A stretch of DNA of 64,000 bases from the human T2T-CHM13v2.0 reference genome, Homo sapiens. The notes under the pieces were generated by a model, which was not told the origin of the DNA, did not search any database, and saw only the letters and a program-made list of their open reading frames with translations. A program made the position numbers and the translations under genes. The DNA is taken from assembly GCF_009914755.1 (NCBI RefSeq), contig NC_060927.1. One strand, given 5' to 3'. This document shows positions 12,870 to 25,850 of this stretch, one piece after another (the stretch's first letter is position 1; each line of letters begins with the position of its first letter).

Positions 12870-14227
12870 CTGATTACTTACGTCTCCTTGAGTACTCCTT
12901 CTTTGATCAATTTTTTATGTGTCTTCTCAGTTTGATTTTACAGGGCATGTGTTCTGGTTGACCTGAGTGGTCTTCCTTTCTTTGTCAGACCATCTTACGC
13001 CTGTGTTCGTTGCTCTTGTCTGCTTCCTTGGCTCATGACTGGCTGCTGCAGTGTTTTCAAGACAGCATTCCCACAGGTGTTGGAAGATGGTGCAGCTCTT
13101 TCTCCCAAGAGGCTGCAGTGAAGAAGCCAGCAGGCTGCAGGCCCCTTGGGGTCACCTGCACTCCCATCCTGTACTCTCCCAGTCTTGGGGTCAGAGAGAA
13201 CTCTGCCCACTGGGCCAACTTCCTCTAGGTCTCCCAGGAGCCAGGGAGATGTGGCACACTCATGTGGGATTGAGGGCCACTGATCTCCGAGACGAAGGTT
13301 TTCACAGGATTCCTTGCTTTATGCAAAGCTCCCAGGGTTGGGGACTGTGGGTAGTAGGGATTCTCCAGCTGGCTTCCCCAGTCCACAGAGTACAAAATTC
13401 TCTTTGCTGGAACTTCTACAGAGCCTCATAAAGAGGCTAGGTATCTAGAGCCTCATAAAGCTATTTGTCTCAGGACAGGCAGAATGATTGGAGTTAGTAG
13501 TACAGCAGAAAGGAGTCATGTCTTCTCCAGCTTCCCATAACCCCTTTCTGTACTCAGCATTGTTTTTCATGACAATAACTGGAAATAACCTATGAAAACA
13601 GGCTAGATAAATGTGTTATTATAGTACATACATACACAAAAGACTGTACAGTTCCTAAAAATAATAGAGTAAATCTATTATGCACTGGTGTAGAATTATA
13701 TCTATGATACATAGTACAATGGGGAAAAAGAAATTTGAGAACATAAATTCTATGATCCTATTCTAGGAACATTCAATGTTTATGTGTATATACATTAAGA
13801 CTTTGTGATTGCAAGAGAGAAAAACTAGTTTTGATTAGCTTGAGCAAAAAGTACAATTGTTTTTTGGATGAGTACTAAGATAGCTCATAAATTAATGGCA
13901 AATATTGGACTATCAAGATTTAGGAAAGGAAAGGAAAGGGAAAGACCCAGGGCAACATCTAGGCCTCAGTGGCAGCATTACACAGATCTTCTCTTCAGAG
14001 CACTACCATTGAAGTGGCTCAGCGTCTAACTCCCAGTCCCTCTCATACTCTATTGGAGAGAGAATCTGATTGTCTTGACTTGGGTCATTTGTCTATTTCT
14101 GGATCAATCAGTATGTTTAAGAATGGTAGGAAATATACAGAATATTTTTCAGAGTCTCCAGAGATCTCTCTCTGTGTATATTGGGCCATTCCCAAGGAAA
14201 GGAACATTACTAGAGGCCTGGAAGCAA

Positions 14228-14317
14228 GTGCGTGTGTGTGCATACACGTACAAACATGTACACATACACATACACGTACACACACACGCACACACACACA
14301 TGTATGCACACACACAC
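14228..14317. repeat. Degenerate GT/CA purine-pyrimidine tract
   Basis: Direct observation. Confidence 0.85.
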
Positions 14318-14451
14318 CCCTAAATACTCTTCAGACTACTACTTCTAAAGGGTTGGAATAGATGTATGGTAAGGACAAAAGGGGCAAAATTTTTCTTTTT
14401 TTGCTTGAAACACTTTAATACTCAAGTTTTTTATGGTAAATATTATTAAAC

Positions 14452-14545
14452 CAAAAAAGAAAAGGAAGGAAAGAAGGAAGGGAGGAAGGAAGGCAGGCAG
14501 GAAGGAAGGAAGGAAAGAAGGAAGGAGAAAGAGGAGAAAGGAAGG
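14452..14545. repeat. Polypurine (GGAA/GGCA)-type repeat
   Basis: Direct observation. Confidence 0.9.
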
Positions 14546-15012
14546 GCATTTCAAGCTTCTAAATCATCTAAAGTTTTGTCCGTGGGAAACAACTAGAATC
14601 TTTTTCAGCCACTGTACATTTCTCCCAAGCATGGAGGAAGATATTCAACCCAAATCCACAGACGTGGTTCCACAGGCAAGGCCTGCTGGGTTGCTAAACT
14701 CTCACTCTTCCTCATCTCTTCTAGGCAGAAGAGTGACCCAACCCAGACAACAGAGAATCCTTAGTAGTTAGCAATGTCGTGTAGAAGAAAAGCCATTGGA
14801 TTTGGGGCTAGAATGCCTCTGCTCATGACTCTGGCTCCTTGTTTGTAAAAGGTGGATAGTAATCATTACTTTCTCTTCCCCTTTAATCTACCCAAGCTCC
14901 AACCATATACAAAGTACTAGTGAGACCTCTAATAAGAATGATATACTTATGTAAAATGAACTCTATGGAATATGTTAAAATCATTGAAAGTAATGATTAA
15001 ATGATTAAGATC

Positions 15013-15060
15013 AATAAAAGTAATGGCAAAACCCACAGTTACTTTTGCACCAGCCTAATA
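15013..15060. mobile_element. Half MADE1 (Hsmar1-derived MITE)
   Basis: aaagtaatggcaaaacccacagttacttttgcaccagcctaata matches the right half of MADE1 plus TA. Confidence 0.85.
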
Positions 15061-15432
15061 TTAGTTTACTAGGGCTGCCACAACAAAATACTGCAAATTG
15101 GATGGTTTAAACAACAGAAATTTATTGTCTCACAGTTCTGGATGCTAAAAGTCCAAGATCAAGGTGCTGTCAGGTTTGGTTTCTGCTGAGGCCTCTTCCC
15201 CTGGCTTGCAGATAGCTGCCTTCCCACTGTGTCCTCACTGGACCCTTTCTCTATGCATGCATATCCTTGGTATCTCTCCCTCTTTTTATAAGTAGGGCCC
15301 TATCCTTATAACCTCATTTAACCTTAATTACTTCTTTAAAGGCTCTATCTCCAAATATAGTCACCTTCTAACACTCTGGGAGTTAGGACTTCAATACATG
15401 AATTTGAGGGGATCACAATTCAGTCTACTACA
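15059..15432 (-). mobile_element. MLT1A/B MaLR solo LTR
   Basis: ttagtttactagggctgcc...aaacaacagaaatttattgtctcacagttctgga...cacaattcagtctactaca. Confidence 0.85.
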
Positions 15433-15454
15433 TGGAGTAAAATATTATGCCCAT

Positions 15455-15982
15455 TGTTTCAGTTCTATTATTGTATGTAAAACTAAACCAAAACATAGTG
15501 GCTTGAGACAACATTTTATTATCACTCATGATATTGTGGGTTGACTGGGCTCAGCTGAATGATTCTTCTGCTCCATGTGATGTCAGCCAGGGGTGCATTC
15601 CATCTGGAGGATCAACTAGGAAGCTAGCTCACTCACATGGCTGGCTGTTGGTGCTGGCTGGTGCCTGGTAGCTCACCCAAGGAGCATCATTTCTACTCCA
15701 AATGCCCTCCCCATGTGGCTTGGGCTTCTTCCAGCTTGAAGGCTTGTTCCCACCAGATGGGAAGTAGAATCTGCTGCTCCCTCTAAAGCCTTTTTTTTTT
15801 TTTTTTTTTTGGAATTTCAGAATGTTACTTCTACAGTCTTCTGTGGGTTAAAGTCAGTGATAAAGGCAGTCCAGATTCAAGAGGAGGGCAAATAAGTTCC
15901 ACCTCTTGATGTGAGGAGAAGCATGCACATTCAGGGAGGGGAGAAACTGATGGGAACCATATTTGAGGACTAGCCACCACAC
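15455..15982 (-). mobile_element. MLT1H-like LTR
   Basis: caaaacatagtggctt...gtgggttgactgggctcagctg...gattcaagaggaggg...tagccaccaca. Confidence 0.7.
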
Positions 15983-16344
15983 CCATACAAGGCACTGAGA
16001 CCTCGTGGACATTCCACAAATATTCCATGTTAGTAATGCCCCAGATTTGGTTGCAGTTCATGACAAATGTGTCTTGCCTCCTTATGACTGGGAAAATATC
16101 TCATATCTTCAGATTATTTCTGAAGATATCTGTCAAATACTTCTGAACAAATCTAGAAAATTTATATGTTGATTTACTTTCTTAATCACGTAAATTGTAA
16201 AGATTTTCAACATAAGAGATTTCAAACAGAATGAAATTATGCTAAATAAAATGTGAAAGATCCTTTTAGCATTAATTTCCTCCTCATCCCATTGTTAATC
16301 CCACAACCTCTTAGAAAAAAAACACCGATGGTTTGTGTTTTCCC

Positions 16345-17425
<1,081 letters not shown>

Positions 17426-17428
17426 CAA

Positions 17429-17655
17429 CAGGGTGTCCAAATTTTTGGCTTCCCTGGGCCACATTGGAAGAAGAAGAATTGTCTTGGGCCATACATAAAA
17501 TACGCTAACACTAATGACAACTGATGAGCTAAAAAAAAATTTGCAAAAAAATTCCCATAATGTTTTGAGAAAGTTTACAAATTTGTGTTGGGCTGCATTC
17601 AAAGCTGCTGTCCTGGGCCATGTGTGGCCCACAGGCCACTGGTTGAACAAGCTTC
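17429..17655 (+). mobile_element. MER30 hAT MITE
   Basis: cagggtgtccaaatttttggcttccctgggccacattggaagaagaagaattg...ggttgaacaagcttc; degenerate 8-bp TSD atctacaa/atcttcat. Confidence 0.9.
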
Positions 17656-17706
17656 ATCTTCATAATGAATGTTCCTTTGTAAAGTGTAAAAAAATAATAA
17701 TTTCTT

Positions 17707-18031
<325 letters not shown>

Positions 18032-18510
18032 TTAGTTTGGTTTGTCCCAGGCTGAGCCAGTCGTCACTTACCAATGTTAGCTAGCTGACCCTCAGCCACC
18101 TGGCTTCTTGAACATACACACTTTATAGGAGCTTCTCTCACCCATTCTTCCCAACAAATTTAGATTTTTAAAACTTCTATTGGAATAAAACCTCTTTTAG
18201 AACCCGAATATAGTGAACTAGTGAGTAACTTTTGAGAAAACCTAAGGCATTGAAAAGAAAATTGGGCATTACAGAGAGCCATTTCTATTTCCTGGGAAAG
18301 ATACTATCAACTTTCTTCACATTTCCTATAGAGATACAAATACATCCCACATTTTGCCTATGATTGTGTGAGAGCAGTTTGATCTCACTAACAAATACAT
18401 CTCTGGCATTGGTAATTCTACAACAGGTAAAAATGTTGTGTTGAAAGTAAACCCACTAAAGCAAAATCAAGCAGTGAAAAGTTTAAAGAATAGTCCTTAA
18501 AACTTTGAGA

Positions 18511-18816
<306 letters not shown>

Positions 18817-19326
18817 CTGTGGTATCAGATCAGAGATATAAATTCTATTGCAGTGGCCTGAGCCCATCATGGTATATGCTGTGACATCTAGCCATCTAAC
18901 ACGGGATACAGAGATCCTTATGGAACTTTTCCTATAAAACCACACAAACTTGTTACTTCCTATATCAATCCTGAATATGTTTATTTTCACATAACCTGTT
19001 CCTTTAGCTCTTATCAGGCAAATGTCCTTTGTCCTCCCTCCGCCCCCACCAGGCCTTTCCTGTCACTTTCTCGTCTTGCCTCCAGTCCTTCTCATGTTAC
19101 TGTCCCCTTGATGGAGCCATCTTGCTTCTGATTTGCCCCACAGCCTCTTTCCCTTATTTTGATATGCCCTCAGTTTCTACTTCTTTCATAGAACTTAAGC
19201 AGATGAAATAAAATTGGGAAATACAATTTCAGCAAGAATCACTCATATTTTTGCTTGACTCAAATTGTAAAAGGAAGAAACACAAGATGAAAAGATCTAT
19301 CCCACCTTCAGTGCAAACTGGTTCCC

Positions 19327-19640
19327 TTTTTTTTTTTTTTTTTTTTTTTGAGATGGCATCTCACACTGTTGCACTGTTGTCCAGACTGGAATGCAGTAGT
19401 GCAATCCAGCCTTACTGCAGCCTCTGCCTCCCAGGTTCCAGCAATTCTCCTGCCTTAGCCTCCTAAGTATCTGGGATTACAGGTGCCCATCACCACATTT
19501 GGCTAACTTTTTGTATTTTTAGTAGAGATGGGGTTTCACCATGTTGGCCAGGCCGGTCTTGAGCTCCTAACCTCAAGTGATCTGCTTGTTTCAGCCCCCC
19601 AGAGTGCTGGGATTATAGACTTGAGCCACCACACCTGGCC
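19327..19640 (-). mobile_element. AluS
   Basis: Full reverse dimer; TSD tggttccctttt. Confidence 0.95.
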
Positions 19641-19689
19641 TGGTTCCCTTTTTTTATTTTTTAAAATCAAAATTTAAGCAGGTAGAACA

Positions 19690-19940
19690 TATATGCATAA
19701 AGGAAAATATATTGGCTTTGAAGTCAGCAGAACTGGATTTGAATCCTGGCCCAACCATTCACTAACTATGTGATCTTAGGCAAGTTGTATACCTCTCTGA
19801 AGCCAATTTTTCATATCTATAAAATAATACATAATATATTTCACCTATAAAATAATGTTATTACAATGGAAATATAACATTCTATCTCAAAAAGTGACTG
19901 CACAGTTGATCACTTAAGTCATATAATAAATGCTAGTTCC
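19690..19940 (+). mobile_element. MIR
   Basis: ggatttgaatcctggc...ctatgtgatcttaggcaagtt...cctctctga core. Confidence 0.75.
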
Positions 19941-20464
19941 TTTCCCCTTCCTCTTCCTAATAAAGTTTGCACAGGAGAAAATTTCCCATAAGTTACCCAG
20001 TTTTTACTACTGTGCAGCCAAGTATTACTTTCTAGTCTGTTAAGCAGGAGTCACAGAATGCTAAAAGTGTTCACTTTATGGATGAGGAAACTGTGACCCG
20101 TAGGGGTGCAGTGATTTGCCCAAGGTCAAGCTACAGAAGACTAGGATGCAATCCCACAAGGCTTCCAGTTAATTCATGGAATACTTGTTGAAGATCTACC
20201 ATACGTCACATGCCATGTTAGCCACCAGGAATGTAAAACTGGAAAAGGTATGGAGTTCAGAATCTTCTAGGAGAGATAAATACACCCAACAAACCATAAT
20301 ATGATGTGATGTGTGCTAATATCCCTCCCATTGAAGAAATTTAAAAGCCCAGGGCTGCATCCACACCAGAATATAAATGTGAAAATCAATTGCATCTGAC
20401 CAAAGAGGCTGCAGAATGCTTCAGATTGAATCATAATGGAAGGAAAATGACACCGTACAAACTT

Positions 20465-20620
20465 TCTCCTAACCCTAAAGACTCATTCAGCTATTCACTT
20501 ACTCCATCTCCAACAAACCTTTATAGAATACCTACTGTGTAGATCTCCTAACCCTAAAGCCTCATTCAGCTATTCACTTACTCTATCTCCAACAAATATT
20601 TATAGAAGACCTGCTATGTG
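20465..20620. repeat. Diverged 79-bp tandem duplication overlapping an L2 3' end
   Basis: tctcctaaccctaaag... starts at both 20465 and 20544. Confidence 0.92.
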
Positions 20621-21427
20621 CACAACACTATGCATGGAACCAGGGATATAAAGATAAACATAGTAAGATTGCTGCCTCAAAACTCAGTAGTTGAAGAAAT
20701 GTAAGTTGACAGCTTTCTGGGCCATTAATGTATATACATTTTAAATAAATTTCAGGAATAATCTGAATTTAAATTCGATGCCTTAAAGCAGGTACTTAAA
20801 AAAAGTACTACAACTTGAACCTTATTACTTCAAATATCTATCTTCAATAGAGAGAAATGCTGTCCTTTGAAAGGCAGGAGGATTTAAAAGGTGATTCTTA
20901 TAACTTGATCAGGATTTATATTTATTCTTTGGCTATCATGAATAAGTAGTTTGGATTGCCATGGTTGAGAATTGATTTCTAATGCATGTCAACATCATTG
21001 CAGTTGATTTTCAAATCCCAGATCCTTCTCTGACTCTGAAATAGAAATTGATAAACTTTATTTATATGTGTATAATGTTTTCACCAAGTCACACTAACGC
21101 AATTATTTCACCACTGTCGAAATGCAATAGCAAAGTTATCAAATTAATGTTACAACAAAATCAATACATATTAATGGGGTTTTCTTTGTTTTTCCTTGCA
21201 TCTTCTAAACCATTTTTTCTTAAAATAAGTCAACCTCAAAAATGTGAGGGTGTTAGTGTCAGTACATAACAGAATTGATGGACTAATCAATTTTTTCTTT
21301 TTAGCATTATCTGTAGGACCTAGATAAACATCATTTATTCATTTTTATTTGGAACCAGCTTCATGGAACTTCTCTGAAGAGATGTGAGAGGCTGTTTTAT
21401 TTGTAATAATGTCTTCTGGTAGTGGGT

Positions 21428-22424
21428 TGGGATGGTTAGTACTGAGTGTCAACTTGACTGGATTGAGGGATACAAAGTATTGATCCTAGGTATGTCTGTG
21501 AGGGTGTTGCCAAAAGAGATTAACATTTGAGTCAATGGGCTGGGGAAGGTAGATCCACCCTTAATCTGATGCGCACAATCTAATCAGCTTCCAGCAAATA
21601 TAAAGCAGGCAGAAAAACGTGAAGAGGAGAGACAGGCCTAGCTTCCCAGCCTACATCTTTCTCCCATGCTGGATGCTTCCTGCCCTCAAACATCAGACTC
21701 CAATTCTTCAGTTGTGGGACTCAGACTGGCTGTCCTTGCTCCTCAGCTTGCAGACAGTCTATTGTGGAACCCTGTGATTGTGTAAGTTAATACTTAATAA
21801 ACGCCCCTTTATATGTATTATATATCCTATATTATATAGGATATATATATAGGATATATATAGGATATATATAGGATATATATATAGGATATATATATAG
21901 GATATATATAGGATATATATATAGGATATATATATATTATATAGGATATATATAGGATATATAGGATATATATAGGATATATATTATATATAATATATAT
22001 TATATATTATATATATAATATATATAGGATATATATATTATATATTATATAGGATATATAGATATATATCTATATATCTATACATATATACACACATATA
22101 TTCATATTATATATCCTATATATCCATATATATGGGTATATATCATATATCATATATATCATATATATGGATGTATAGGATATATAGTATATATAAAGGG
22201 GAGTTTATTATATATATGATATGGATATATATGATATATATGGATATATATTTTATATGGATATATATCACATATATCATATATATGATATATATATGGA
22301 TATATATCACATATATCATATATATGATATATATGGATATATATCACATATATCATATATATGATATATATATGGATATATGTCCTATTAGTTCTGTCCC
22401 TCTAAGAGAACCCTGACTAATACA
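21428..22424 (+). mobile_element. MLT2A (HERV-L) solo LTR with internal TA expansion
   Basis: tgggatggttagtactgagtgtcaacttgactggattg...aataaac...tcctattagttctgtccctctaagagaaccctgactaataca; 5-bp flanks tgggt/caggt. Confidence 0.93.
21810..22381. repeat. ~570-bp interrupted (TA)n expansion with ATAGGAT, ATGGAT and ATCAT sub-units
   Basis: Direct observation. Confidence 0.97.
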
Positions 22425-23267
22425 CAGGTATAGCATACAGGGAAAAGTGTTGCTTGCAAAGATTTATAATGACCTCAATTATAATACTTTGAAGAAAGGA
22501 AGTTGAGAGAATAATAAATATTTTGTTGATGCCTTTCCTCCAAGCCTTGTTAAGGTCTCTCTTCCCCAGAACATCTCTAGTCATGTGGTAAGTCAGAAAG
22601 AAGAAGGGCCTACGTTCTTTTATAAATTTCATTTTGCAACATCGAGAGATATACACTGGATGATAGAACTGTCAAAACAATTTATGGCAGGAAAAACTCC
22701 TTTTAGATCACAATGTCTCCATACAATTTTTGTGCAGCCTAATCTGAAATTATCCATTCAAGTCATGATGCCTCTCTACCATAAAAAAGGATCACAGCAC
22801 ATCCTACACATGGATTTTAGACCATACAATGTTGATAGAAGAACTGGCATTTGTTAGAAATAATGTCTTTGTCTTTCCCAGGGAGGCTTGATTACAGGAA
22901 AACCTTTCTTAAATAAATCCTCCAGGGAATGGCAAAAATCATTTGCCCTACAGAAAAGATCTTTCCCTAAAGGTCGAATCCACCCTCACTATAAAGTGTA
23001 GGCAGTTATTTATATAAATTAGTTCAAAAGTAGTGAGGTACTCTGAAGTTCCTTTTATTCCTTTAATTAGTAAAGACAAAGTCACATATAAAATCCACAC
23101 CTCTTTCTGATGTTTGTGTGTAAATGGTAAATAATAAAACTACTTCCAGATCAAACTCTATCAATGATACCAGCATTATGAAAATGGAGCCATAAGTTAC
23201 TGGTATCTCTTAACATACTCTGCTCATCTCAATGCAATAAGCACTACTATTTAAAAAATGAGGGAAA

Positions 23268-23792
23268 ACAAAGGAATATAATTCATTCTATTATAAAGAC
23301 ACATGCACACGTATGTTCACTGCAGCACTATTCACAATAGGAAAGATATGGAATCAACCTAAATGCCCATCAGTGATAGCCTGGATAAAGAAAATGTGGT
23401 AAATATACACCATGGAATACCATACAGCCATAAAAAAGAATGAGATCATGTCCTTTGCAGGGACATGGATGGAGCTGGAGGCCATTATCCTCTGCAGACT
23501 AACACAGGAACAGAAAACCAAATACCGCATGTTCTCACTTACAAGTGGGTGCTAAATTATGAGAACACATGGACACACAGAGGGGAACAACACACACTGG
23601 AGCCCATCGGAGGGTGGAGGGCAGAAGGAGGGAGAGGATCAGGAAAAATAACTAATAGGTACTAGGCTTAATACCTGTGTGATAAAATAATCTGTCCAAC
23701 AAACCCCCATGATATGAATTTACCTGTGTAACAAATCTGCACATGTAATCCTGAACTTAAAAAAAAAAAAAAGAAAAAGAAAAAAAGAAAAA
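23268..23792 (+). mobile_element. 5'-truncated L1PA (older, ~PA11-16) 3' end
   Basis: ORF2 end aaagacacatgcacacgtatgttc...3'UTR gggagaggatcaggaaaaataactaat...poly(A). Confidence 0.92.
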
Positions 23793-25414
23793 GGCAGGAT
23801 GATTCACCCCAGAAACTCGGTAAAAGCTCAGAAATCAGAAAAAAAAATGAGGGAATATTATTCACATTATGAAATACAAATTTTGATACATTGTCTCTCT
23901 TCTTGCTCTCTAACTCTCTTCTCTCTACCTATTACTGCAATTTGTGGTTCACATGCATTTCACTGGATATCTGGTATACATCGGGGATATCACTGTGAAA
24001 CGTAGGAAAAGGAAATATTTCATTTGTGTGTGGAATTTTAAAGTATCCCACTAATCATAACTGTTACTATAATTCCTTCACTTGTATTAGGGTAACAGAA
24101 TAAGAGCTAACGTAGAATAAAGTTGGCATCCTTTCATGACAGTTAACAACATTTGGAAAGATTCATGCATTACTCGATGAGGCCTCCTACTCTGATTACT
24201 TATAAAACCTGTTTTCAAAGAAAAACTGCTGCCACAGATCATATGGTCTTTACAGCTTTGACTTCTTTGGCTCTACAAACAGCAAGATGTTTTTTCCTCA
24301 AATCGAACTACCTCGTCACATATCATATAGCAAGCCAGTGTGATCTGCTTGCTACTATGCTTTTGAGACGTGAATGTGCAGTTGTCATATCTCAAGTGTG
24401 TTCTCAGAGCCTTCTCATCTCTTAACCCACCAACAAAGAGCAATTGCTTGGTAGCTTTCTACTCCTCTCAAATGATCTGATTTTACACTGGAATTAAGTC
24501 AAGCAGTGTGCCTGCCCTGTGCCAGGCATTCACGGGGAGTCCTCTAAGCAGAGCGTGAGAACTTTCCTACCCCCGGCCTGCACCTCCTATCCCCCTTGGC
24601 AAGTTCCATTCCAGGCAGTTTCCTGTTGCCTCAGCCTCGAACCCTGAACCTCTCTTCTGTCCCTTCCCATTCAAGGCCACAACTTTGCTAACTTCTTCCA
24701 GAGGGACTGACATCTTCTCTCCTATCAGATTCTTGAATTCTGTTGGAAGAGTAACCTTCCCAGGCTGTACCCAGGAGACTTGAGTGCTTCTGGTCACCAG
24801 GAATGGCAGACATCGATTCTTTTGGCAACTGTGGCCAGCTAAATCCACCTTGCTACACACCCCAAGAATCCTGGCTCACTACTCAGATGTGATTTCCTCT
24901 GGTCATCTCTCTTCTTTCCATCCTGCTCTGGACTTCTCCCTCACACTTCTTTCCTGCCTCTCTGCCCAGCCCTCTGCAAACCTGATCCACAGTTAACAAA
25001 ATCCCCCATATCCTCAGCCGCTTCCCCAGTGATTCTATTCCTTGGCCCTGACACCAGCCTCCCTCTGAAGGATGCTACTTGCCCCACAGGCTTTAGCCAC
25101 CCCCACCTCCCCTGCTCGTGGAAGCTGCCAATCCTCTAAGTCCCTCGAGTCTGGAAGAAGGGCTTTGTCTTGTGAGGTTCATACTGTCACCTCTACACCA
25201 TCATCCTCCACCCTCAGGGAAGATGAAACCACCTGGTGCCTTTGGGCCTCTTGCCATTACTCTCTTGCCACTTGGCTGTCTCTAAAAGCCACCTCTTCGC
25301 TGTCTCTGTCACTGAAGTATGTTTGACCCAGATAGGGCTTTATTTCCACCTTCAGCCTTCTTTCATCCTGGGTGTCTTCACATCCAAATGGTGACTGCAT
25401 AAGACTCCGCTCTC

Positions 25415-25850
25415 TGTCACAGAGTTTTCTGCTTGATCACCAACCTGCTCTATGTTCTTCCTGGGCACTCATTTCTCAGCCTCCCTAGAACATGCCTGTG
25501 GCCATGTGACTGAGTTCCAGCCAATGGAATATGAGCATAAGCTATATATGGGCCACCTTCTGGCTTGGGCAACAAAAACCTTTCACACATAATACACAGG
25601 CCTCTTCCGCCTTCTGCTGACTACAGTGGAGAATCTCAGGGTGGCCTTAGGACCTACTCATAGGAGACATCAGAGACACAAGGCAAAAGGACCATGGGTT
25701 ATCTAATCACCACCTGGAAATGAGCTGCCAATGAAGAATACCCACGTCAGCCTATTATGGGAGTGAAAAATCAACTTTGGCTGTGGCAAGCCATTGAGAT
25801 TTTGGAAGGTTTTTTTTCTTATAGCAGCTAACCATTGCCTTAACTAATAT
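25415..25850 (+). mobile_element. MLT1I/J-like LTR inserted in an L2
   Basis: ggccatgtgactgagttccagccaatgg...aagccattgagattttgg...cttaactaata. Confidence 0.7.

Noticed and set aside
14452-14545. GGAA microsatellite as an EWS-FLI1 enhancer
   Set aside because: Too few consecutive perfect GGAA units.
20469-20478. Interstitial telomeric repeat
   Set aside because: Fewer than two full CCCTAA units per copy; chance level.
22132-22416. I/Y-rich ORFs
   Set aside because: Translation of the TA repeat.
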